Source: Nitrospirota bacterium (GTDB lineage: Bacteria; Nitrospirota; Thermodesulfovibrionia; UBA6902). From it: 60,684 bases of DNA. The stretch is from NCBI GenBank assembly GCA_016208905.1, contig JACQXG010000016.1:1-60684 (forward strand), written 5' to 3'. Numbering within the stretch: position 1 is the stretch's first letter; each line of letters begins with the position of its first letter. Made by a program: the position numbers and the translations under genes. Under the pieces are notes generated by a model that searched no databases, had not been told where the DNA came from, and saw nothing but the letters and a program-made list of their open reading frames with translations. Positions 19,537 through 27,380 of the stretch are shown here, piece by piece.

Positions 19537-19913
19537 TCCGAATCCACTAACCCAGAAAATGCATTTAAGATAAAACCCTGATATTAATAAAAATATAAAA
19601 TTTTGTGTTAAATATAATATTAGGATATAACAGCATACGATTTATTAATTAGTTATTTAATTTTTATATTGACAATTTTTCTTAACATGAATAAAATTCT
19701 ATATTCTTATTGCTAACTTGTGAAATTATAAAAAATATGATAGAGAGAATGCCTGTTTTTTGTCAATGATTGGATGTGTTATGTTTGTTAATTTTACAGT
19801 TGATGTAAATAATTGTATAAGCTATAATAAAAAAGTAATTAAATATCCAACGATATACAATTATTAAATTCAAGATTCAATAATTGACTCCTTAAATAAA
19901 AGAAAGAGTAATT

Positions 19914-21491
19914 ATGTCGAAGTCAATAATATCTATTTTGGTAGCAGACAATAGTTCTCCATCAATAGATATTATTAAATCAACATTGGGTAATGATGAC
20001 ATAAAATATAAAATTGATACAGCCATTTCTGGCACGGATGCCCTTAATAAGGCGAGTGATAATGCTTTTGATCTTTTATTAGTAGATCAGGACCTTCCGG
20101 GAGCAAAAGGCATCAAGATGGTTCAGGAGATAATTAAGAGGAAATTGGGCGTGCCGGTTATCATGATTGTTGCAGAGGGCAAAGAGAAATTGGGCGTTAA
20201 AGCTATGGATCAGGGGGCTTATGATTATTTAACTAAAGGCGAAGTTAAAACTGTTGCATTAAACCGCGCTATTCAAAGAGTAATGCAGAGAAAAAAACTG
20301 GAGAATGATATAAGAGATTCCTTTAAAAGACTGGAAAAGCTGGCGATCAGGGACGGACTAACAGGATTATATAACCATAGTCATTTTCGTGAAGTTTTGA
20401 GAAAAGAATTTAAGAAATCACAGAGGCATATACAGCAACTTTCCTGCTTAATGATTGATCTTGATCACTTCAAGAGTGTAAATGATAATTATGGTCATCA
20501 ATTTGGAGATTTCGTGCTTGCCCAGTCAGCCGGGATTCTTAAGAAACTGGTTCGAGATACAGACTTTGTTGCCAGATACGGGGGTGAGGAATTTTTTGCC
20601 ATCCTGCCGAATACGGACTTAGAGGGTGCATTTATTCTGGCTGAAAGAATCCGTATGGTTTTTATGAACAATAGTATTACTAAAGATAAGATTTCTGAGA
20701 CAGTTACTATAAGTGTGGGTATATCATCCACATCGGATAACAATATTATCAGTGATGAGGATCTGATTGCAAATGCAGACAAGGCGCTTTATCGTGCCAA
20801 GTGGAGGGGAAGAAACAACGTCTGTTTCTTTGGTGAAATTGAGTCTGAAGATACGGTTAGTCTCAAGGAAGAAGCAAAAAAGATGGAAGAATTCTACAGC
20901 AGATTTAATACCATAAACGAAAATATTAAAGAAACCTGCATAGAATCTGCACATGATATATTGTGTGAGATCGAAAGCGGGTGGGCCTATATCAATGAAC
21001 ATTCTGTGAGGGTGAGCCGTTATGCGGAGAAATTGAGCAGAGAATTAGCATTATCGGAAGAAGAAATTAATGTAATCAAACGTGCTGCGTTACTTCATGA
21101 CATAGGTATGGTTGGAATTGGATCTAATATTTTAAAGAAGAAGGATAAATTAACTGATACGGAATACAACCAGATAAAAAGACACTCCAATATAGGCGTT
21201 AAACTAATTGAAAGGACAAAATTATTTCAGAAAGAACTGCCTTTGATTTTACACCATCATGAAAGATATGACGGAAGTGGTTATCCTTACGGCCTCAAAG
21301 GAGACACTATACCTTATGGTGCCCGGATTATTGCCATTGCAGAAGCTTATGATGTAATGAGATCAAAGACAGCATACAAGAAAGCCAATTCAGCAGATGA
21401 TACGATTGCAGAGCTTAAAGTATGTGCCGGCACTCAGTTTGATTCCCGGATGGTTAATGCCTTTGTCAGAGTAATTGAAAAAGTAATTTAA
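19914..21491 (+). CDS. response regulator with GGDEF and HD-GYP domains
   Basis: REC domain (LLLVDQDLPG), GGDEF domain (RDTD I-site followed by GGEEF) and a C-terminal HD-GYP domain (LLHDIGM, HHHERYDGSGYP). Confidence 0.85.
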   Translation: MSKSIISILVADNSSPSIDIIKSTLGNDDIKYKIDTAISGTDALNKASDNAFDLLLVDQDLPGAKGIKMVQEIIKRKLGVPVIMIVAEGKEKLGVKAMDQGAYDYLTKGEVKTVALNRAIQRVMQRKKLENDIRDSFKRLEKLAIRDGLTGLYNHSHFREVLRKEFKKSQRHIQQLSCLMIDLDHFKSVNDNYGHQFGDFVLAQSAGILKKLVRDTDFVARYGGEEFFAILPNTDLEGAFILAERIRMVFMNNSITKDKISETVTISVGISSTSDNNIISDEDLIANADKALYRAKWRGRNNVCFFGEIESEDTVSLKEEAKKMEEFYSRFNTINENIKETCIESAHDILCEIESGWAYINEHSVRVSRYAEKLSRELALSEEEINVIKRAALLHDIGMVGIGSNILKKKDKLTDTEYNQIKRHSNIGVKLIERTKLFQKELPLILHHHERYDGSGYPYGLKGDTIPYGARIIAIAEAYDVMRSKTAYKKANSADDTIAELKVCAGTQFDSRMVNAFVRVIEKVI

Positions 21492-21590
21492 TAAAAAATC
21501 GTTTTATAATCCTGCCAGATAAGACATATCTTTTCTTAATGTGATATCCTGTTTACTATACGTTAAAGTGGTTTATTCAGGAAGGCTAAA

Positions 21591-22163
21591 ATGAACGTAA
21601 TAGTTTTTTGCGGCAGTCCGAGAAGAAACGGGAATACGGAACTTCTGTTAAAAGAAGCAGTAAAAGGTATTGCAGATGCCGGAATGTCTGCTCAGGTATT
21701 TAATCTGAATTTGATGAAGATTAAGCCCTGTCAGGATTGCGGCAGCTGTAATGAAACAGGTAAGTGTGTTTTTGAAGATGACATGTCTCTCATTTATGAT
21801 GCAATAAGGACTGCAGACAGAATCATTCTTGCCTCTCCTATCTTCTTCTTTGCCCTCAGCGCACAGACAAAGGTTATGATAGACAGATGTCAGAGTATCT
21901 GGTGTGAAAAATATCTGTTAAAGCGGCCTATCGAAAGCGGGCAATTTGGAAGAAAAGGGCTTCTACTACTTGTAGGTGGAATGAAAAAAGATATTGGTAT
22001 TCAATGTGGGGAAGCCTGTGCAAAGGCCTTTTTCAGAACCATTAGTGTACCGGAGCATAAGACGCTGTTTTATTTAGGCGTTGATCAAAAGGGGGATATA
22101 ATGAAACATCCAACTGCTCTTGAAGATGCGTATAAGGCGGGAAAGAAACTTGTGGCAGAGTAG
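21591..22163 (+). CDS. flavodoxin-fold iron-sulfur flavoprotein (Isf / NADPH-dependent FMN reductase-like)
   Basis: VFCGSPRRNGNT P-loop-like FMN site and a compact Cys motif, CQDCGSCNETGKC. Confidence 0.65.
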   Translation: MNVIVFCGSPRRNGNTELLLKEAVKGIADAGMSAQVFNLNLMKIKPCQDCGSCNETGKCVFEDDMSLIYDAIRTADRIILASPIFFFALSAQTKVMIDRCQSIWCEKYLLKRPIESGQFGRKGLLLLVGGMKKDIGIQCGEACAKAFFRTISVPEHKTLFYLGVDQKGDIMKHPTALEDAYKAGKKLVAE

Positions 22164-22166
22164 TAA

Positions 22167-23255
22167 TTATTTGATAACCTGATACGTTGCCTTCAGCTGA
22201 CCACATGCTGCTGAAATATCTGCTCCCATGCTTTTTCTGATTATTACAGTCAGGCCGGCTTTTTTTAATAAATTTTGAAATTCCTGTGTTTTGCTTTCAG
22301 TCGGCTGCTTGAATTCAGATGAGTTAAAAAAAGGATTAAAAGGTATCAGGTTTACCTTAGATTTTATGCCTATCAACAAATTAACGAGACGCTGCGCATC
22401 TTCTCTGGTATCATTTATTTCACCTAATAATACATATTCAAAAGTAATGCGCCTGGTTGGGGGCAAGGGGAACTCTCTGCAGGCTTTAATAAGTTTCTTA
22501 AGGGGATATTTTTTATTTATCGGCATAATCCTGTTTCTTATCTCATCGGTTGTAGCATTAAGTGATATTGCAAGGTTTGCAACTGGATTAATTTCAGCAA
22601 GTTTATAAATACTGGGGACTATTCCCGATGTTGAAACAGTAATGCTCCTTTTAGAAAAACCCACAAGTTCAGTCAGTATCGATAGGGCGTGGCTTACCTC
22701 GTTGAAGTTATTGAATGGTTCACCCATTCCCATAAAAACAATATTCGTAATTTTATCTGTTTTGCCTTCCGGTTTTAGAGATAACATGCCGGGAATTTCA
22801 GAAATTTGAGAAATGAATCTTTTTACAGCAATAACCTGGTCGACTATTTCATGCGCTTTCAGATTTCTTTTTAATCCCAGTCTGCCGGTCATACAAAACT
22901 TGCACCCTGAGGCACAGCCAACTTGTGAAGATATGCACAGGGTAAAGCAATCATCACCTCTGTTATTAGGAATGAGAACGCTTTCTATGGTTTCTCCGTC
23001 TTCCAGCTCAAATAGAAATTTCTGCGTGCCATCTTTTGAAACCTCTCTTTTTAAAAGGACCGGATTGCTTATAAAGGCTGCTGTTTGAAGCCTTTCACGA
23101 AAGTCCTTAGAAAGATCGGTCATGTCGTCAAATGATGTTGTATTTTTTTTATATATCCAGTTAATAATCTGGTTTACCCTGTATGGTTTTTGCCCGAGAC
23201 TCTGCAAAAACAGGATTAGTTCCTCTTTTGATAATTGGTTAAGGTTGGTTTTCAT
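22167..23255 (-). CDS. rlmN: 23S rRNA/tRNA (adenine-C2)-methyltransferase RlmN (radical SAM)
   Basis: PYRVNQIINWIY N-terminus, radical SAM motif CASGCKFC, and C-terminal SAACGQL. Confidence 0.9.
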   Translation of the reverse strand: MKTNLNQLSKEELILFLQSLGQKPYRVNQIINWIYKKNTTSFDDMTDLSKDFRERLQTAAFISNPVLLKREVSKDGTQKFLFELEDGETIESVLIPNNRGDDCFTLCISSQVGCASGCKFCMTGRLGLKRNLKAHEIVDQVIAVKRFISQISEIPGMLSLKPEGKTDKITNIVFMGMGEPFNNFNEVSHALSILTELVGFSKRSITVSTSGIVPSIYKLAEINPVANLAISLNATTDEIRNRIMPINKKYPLKKLIKACREFPLPPTRRITFEYVLLGEINDTREDAQRLVNLLIGIKSKVNLIPFNPFFNSSEFKQPTESKTQEFQNLLKKAGLTVIIRKSMGADISAACGQLKATYQVIK

Positions 23256-23483
23256 TTTTCAAGTAATACTATGGAAAGCATTTAATGTATTATATCCAAA
23301 AGATATAAAAAGTTTATCTCTGAAATTGATTCGTTTTGACAATAGGATATCCTTTAAAGAACATAGTTATTTATCCGGACAACCATAAAGAATTTTACAT
23401 TAAGAAATTTACTTAAGATAAAATATGAAAAGTCCGTATGATACATTTATAGTCATTATATAAATAGATTTCTTACTAATAAA

Positions 23484-23861
23484 ATGATAAAAAAAATATT
23501 GATAGTAGATGATTCGCCCATTGCAAGGAAAATGTTGAAAAGCTGTCTGCCAAAAGATCAGGGATATGAATTTACTGAGGCGGGTGACGGCAGGGAAGGT
23601 TTTGAAAAATATAAAGATTTAAAACCCGATGTAACCTTTATGGACTTGACTATGCCGGTTATGACTGGATATGAGGCAATTGAAGCGATAATGAATCATG
23701 ACAAAAACGCCGTAATTATTGTCGTGACAGCCGATGTTCAGATGAAAGCGATCAAAACAGTTATGGAATCAGGCGCCTACATGGTATTAAAGAAGCCGTT
23801 AAAAAGGGAGGAAATTCAGTCTGCCTTATTGAAGGTTAAGGACACATTGCAAAAAGCCTGA
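23484..23861 (+). CDS. single-domain CheY-like response regulator
   Basis: ILIVDDS, phospho-acceptor context VTFMDLTMP, VTAD and LKKP. Confidence 0.85.
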   Translation: MIKKILIVDDSPIARKMLKSCLPKDQGYEFTEAGDGREGFEKYKDLKPDVTFMDLTMPVMTGYEAIEAIMNHDKNAVIIVVTADVQMKAIKTVMESGAYMVLKKPLKREEIQSALLKVKDTLQKA

Positions 23862-23863
23862 AT

Positions 23864-24508
23864 ATGAACATGCAGGAAGAAAAAATTCTGTCAGATGAAG
23901 AAATAGAAATCCTTCAGGAAATAATGAATATTTCCTTTGGAAAGTCGGCAGCTGACCTTGCGGATGTCATCGACACTCATGTAGTTTTAAGTGTGCCTTT
24001 TATAAAAATAATGCAGGTGCCTGATCTTCCGGCTTATTTCAAAGATCATGTAAAAGAGTATAAAACAATCAGCATTGTCGAGCAGAAATTCTGGGGAAGA
24101 TTTAAAGGAGATGCCCTGCTGGTTTTTTCCTCCGGAGCCGGGAGAGAATTGATCAATATGCTTCAGCACGATGAAAGCTCCGGTTTTGAGTCCGATCCAA
24201 TAGACATTCTTGAGAGAGAAACTCTGATGGAGATAGGAAACATCCTTATCGGGGCCTGCGTTGGTAAGCTCGCTGAACTGCTTAAGGATGTTGTGACTTA
24301 TACCCCGCCGATGGTTGTTGTAGAGAAAAATTGTAGTGATGCTATTACGGAGGGACAGTATGATCCGAATAACACTGCAATCGTTTTAAAGACCGACTTC
24401 CGTTTTGATGAAGGCGATGTCAGCGGTTTTCTGTTTTTAATAACCAGTCATGATTCTGTGACATGGATGAAGGAAGCCTTGCGTTTATTCATCGAACAAT
24501 ATGAATGA
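23864..24508 (+). CDS. CheC-family CheY-P phosphatase-like protein
   Basis: Two E-x2-N-x22-P active-site motifs (LQEIMN...VP and LMEIGN...PP). It starts 3 nt after the CheY-like gene. Confidence 0.75.
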   Translation: MNMQEEKILSDEEIEILQEIMNISFGKSAADLADVIDTHVVLSVPFIKIMQVPDLPAYFKDHVKEYKTISIVEQKFWGRFKGDALLVFSSGAGRELINMLQHDESSGFESDPIDILERETLMEIGNILIGACVGKLAELLKDVVTYTPPMVVVEKNCSDAITEGQYDPNNTAIVLKTDFRFDEGDVSGFLFLITSHDSVTWMKEALRLFIEQYE

Positions 24509-25407
24509 TATTTAATCAGATATTTAATGCCATAAATATCGGTCTTGTCATACTGGACAGAGATCTTAAAGTTCAAAAATGGAACCGCTGGATGGAGATT
24601 CACAGCGGAATTTCCGAAGATAAGATTGTAGGATCATCCCTTTTAGAGACTTTTCCAAATCTGAACAAACCAAAGTTCAAGCGGAGCTGCAAGTCCGTAT
24701 TTTCTTTTGGGAATTTTTGTTTCTTTTCGCAGAAACTCCATCATTACCTGTTCCCGTTTAAATCGACCAGCTACTTTGAGCCCATTTTTGAGTATATGCA
24801 GCAGAGTTGCGCCATGGGTCCTCTCCGTGATGAAAACAATGTCATTCAGAATTTATTTATTTATATCCAGGATGTGACTGAAGTTGCCGTGTATGAGCAT
24901 AAACTTGTTGAGATGAATATGAAAGACGGGCTCACCGGAATATTTAACAGAAGATATATGGAAATAAAACTCAAAGAAGAGTTTAAAAGGTGTAAGAGGT
25001 ATGGCGGCAATATAAGCATAATTATGTTTGATATAGATCATTTCAAGAAAGTTAATGATGCATATGGGCATCAATGCGGTGATTTTATCTTGAAATCGGT
25101 CAGTGCAAGGATATCATCCGTAATTAGAAATGTGGATTGTCTTTTCCGGTACGGCGGGGAGGAGTTTTGCTGTATGCTTCCTGAAACTAAACTTGATGGT
25201 GCATTACAGGCAGCGGAAAGGTTTAGAAAAGCTATAATGGAAATGGAAAGTTATTTTAACGGCACAATTGTTAAGGTCACTGTCAGTCTTGGAGTAGCAG
25301 GGTTAAATGAAAGCATTGAAACGTCGGAAATGTTTCTTAAAAAAGCTGATGAAGCTCTGTACAGGGCAAAAAGGGAAGGACGAAACAGGGCTTTGGCAAT
25401 GAGCTGA
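24505..25407 (+). CDS. PAS-GGDEF diguanylate cyclase
   Basis: ATGA overlap with the upstream gene. PAS-like N-terminus, RNVD I-site and GGEEF active site. Confidence 0.85.
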   Translation: MIFNQIFNAINIGLVILDRDLKVQKWNRWMEIHSGISEDKIVGSSLLETFPNLNKPKFKRSCKSVFSFGNFCFFSQKLHHYLFPFKSTSYFEPIFEYMQQSCAMGPLRDENNVIQNLFIYIQDVTEVAVYEHKLVEMNMKDGLTGIFNRRYMEIKLKEEFKRCKRYGGNISIIMFDIDHFKKVNDAYGHQCGDFILKSVSARISSVIRNVDCLFRYGGEEFCCMLPETKLDGALQAAERFRKAIMEMESYFNGTIVKVTVSLGVAGLNESIETSEMFLKKADEALYRAKREGRNRALAMS

Positions 25408-25442
25408 ATAAATAATTAATCACCTTTATATTCCCCCAAACA

Positions 25443-25621
25443 ATTAACCCAAATAATGCAGACATTGAAAAATAATTTGTTTAACTCGATTAATTTATTA
25501 TTGAATCATGCATATGGCTTTAACTAAAAGAATACATTCTAACCTTGATTGAAAATGCGTTTAAGGAATCGAAAAACAAATAATTTTCCAACATCCGCAT
25601 TATTTTAGATGCATTTTTCGG
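25443..25621 (+). repeat. ~180-bp dispersed repeat, copy A (internal ~17-31 nt inverted repeat)
   Basis: Roughly 85-90% identical by eye to 27082-27261. Arms AAATAATGCAGACATTG (25451-25467) and CAACATCCGCATTATTT (25589-25605). Confidence 0.85.
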
Positions 25622-25684
25622 ATTAATAACATAAAAAGCCGTCAAAGTGTTGACGTTGTTTTAATAATATGGCAATATAGTCAT

Positions 25685-27076
25685 ATGCATCGCATATTGG
25701 TTATTGACGACGAAGAATCTATCCGGGAATTATTAAAAGATTTTCTTGAAAGCAAAGGCTCGGAAGTTGTTTCAGCATCAGATGGTGAGACAGGTCTGAA
25801 TCTTCTGAAAGAGGAGAAATTCGATCTGTTTTTACTCGATCTGATGATGCCTGGTATGAGCGGCATGGATGTACTGAGGGAGACGGCTTCAGAGAAAATA
25901 GAAGTTCCCTCAATAGTAATAACCGCTCATGCAACAGTGCAGACTGCGGTAGAAGCGATGAAGCTCGGCGCATTTGATTATATTACAAAACCTTTTAATC
26001 TTGAAGAATTTTACATTGCAGTTAAAAGAGCTCTCGATGTTTCAAAACTGCAGGAGGAAAACATACGGCTCAAGAAAGAACTTAAGAAAAAATATGGTTA
26101 CAACAAGATTATAGGAAATTCACCGCCAATACAGAATGTTATTAAATTTATCGAGAAGATTGCTGATACGGACAGTACCGTCCTTATCACAGGAGAGAGC
26201 GGCACCGGTAAAGAACTTGTTGCACAGACGATACATTACAATAGTTCACGATCAAAAAAGATGTTTGTCCCATTAAATTGTGCGGCCATACCAAAGGATA
26301 TTCTCGAGTCGGAACTTTTCGGCCACGAAAAAGGCGCTTTCACCGGGGCCATAAACACAAGGATAGGACGTTTTGAACTTGCCAATAACGGTACGCTCTT
26401 CCTTGATGAGATTGGAGAACTTGCTCCGGCGCTTCAGGTCAAAATGCTCAGAGTGCTGCAGGAAAAAGAATTCGAAAGGGTAGGCGGTGTAAAAACTATA
26501 AAGGTTGACGTCAGAATACTGGCAGCGACTAACAGGGATCTTGAGACAGCCGTAAGAGAAGGAACTTTCAGAGAAGATCTTTATTACAGATTAAACGTAA
26601 TACCATTCCATCTGCCTTCACTCAGGAAAATGAAGGAGGATATACCGTTACTTGCCGACTATTTTATTAAAGATATTTCAAAAAGAAAGAAGAAAAACAT
26701 GCCTGAGTTTTCCAGAGAGGCCATGCATTGTCTGGAAAATTACAGGTGGCCGGGAAATGTTCGCGAACTTGAAAATCTGATTGAAAGGATGATCATCCTC
26801 AAGGAGGGAGAGGTGATCACTCCTGATGACCTTCCCGAAAGATTGCGTGAGAAGCGTCAGACCCAAAAGCTTCATTCAGGAGAACAGGTATTATCGTCTG
26901 ACGGAGTTGACCTTAATCTGATACTTGATGATATAGAAAATAATATGATTAAGCAGGCGCTGGAAATATCAAAAGGCGTTAAGAGCAAGGCAGCAAGTCT
27001 TCTGGGTCTTAATAGAACTACTCTTATTGAAAAAATGAAGAAAAAAGAAATAGAGTACGGCGTTTCTCAAAAATAA
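25685..27076 (+). CDS. sigma-54-dependent response regulator (NtrC family enhancer-binding protein)
   Basis: REC domain ([11 protein letters not shown]), AAA+ domain ([24 protein letters not shown]) and a C-terminal Fis-type HTH. Confidence 0.9.
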   Translation: MHRILVIDDEESIRELLKDFLESKGSEVVSASDGETGLNLLKEEKFDLFLLDLMMPGMSGMDVLRETASEKIEVPSIVITAHATVQTAVEAMKLGAFDYITKPFNLEEFYIAVKRALDVSKLQEENIRLKKELKKKYGYNKIIGNSPPIQNVIKFIEKIADTDSTVLITGESGTGKELVAQTIHYNSSRSKKMFVPLNCAAIPKDILESELFGHEKGAFTGAINTRIGRFELANNGTLFLDEIGELAPALQVKMLRVLQEKEFERVGGVKTIKVDVRILAATNRDLETAVREGTFREDLYYRLNVIPFHLPSLRKMKEDIPLLADYFIKDISKRKKKNMPEFSREAMHCLENYRWPGNVRELENLIERMIILKEGEVITPDDLPERLREKRQTQKLHSGEQVLSSDGVDLNLILDDIENNMIKQALEISKGVKSKAASLLGLNRTTLIEKMKKKEIEYGVSQK

Positions 27077-27081
27077 TCGAT

Positions 27082-27261
27082 ATTAACCTAAATAATGCAG
27101 ACATTGAAAAATAATTTGTTTAACTCGATAGATTTATTATTGTATTATGCATTTGGCTTTGAATAAAAATGTACATCCTGACCTTGATTGATCATGCGAT
27201 TAAGGAATCGAAAAACAAATAATTTTCCAATATCTGCATTATTTTAAATGCATATTATGGG
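27082..27261 (+). repeat. ~180-bp dispersed repeat, copy B
   Basis: Direct repeat of 25443-25621. Arms AAATAATGCAGACATTG (27090-27106) and CAATATCTGCATTATTT (27228-27244) are complementary at 16 of 17 positions. Confidence 0.85.
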
Positions 27262-27361
27262 TCAATTATAAGTTGTAAATAATCTTCCAGAAAGCACCTC
27301 AGACGTCATCTATATGACAGTTCCGAAAGTCGGTTTCTTTTTAAAAATCAGCAGTTAATTT

Positions 27362-27377
27362 TGGCATACTAATTGCT
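27362..27377 (+). promoter_or_regulatory. sigma-54 (-24/-12) promoter candidate
   Basis: TGGCAT-N5-TTGCT compared with consensus TGGCAC-N5-TTGCW, with correct GG/GC spacing. It lies just upstream of the AMIN/TPR gene and ~120 bp downstream of the repeat copy B arm. Confidence 0.6.
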
Positions 27378-27380
27378 TTT

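Noticed and set aside
19669-19697. TTGACA-N17-TAAAAT sigma-70-like promoter in the ribF / REC-GGDEF-HD-GYP spacer
   Set aside because: The match is good, but the spacer is extremely AT-rich, so such matches arise easily. The implied 215-nt leader is unsupported, so it is not reported as a feature.
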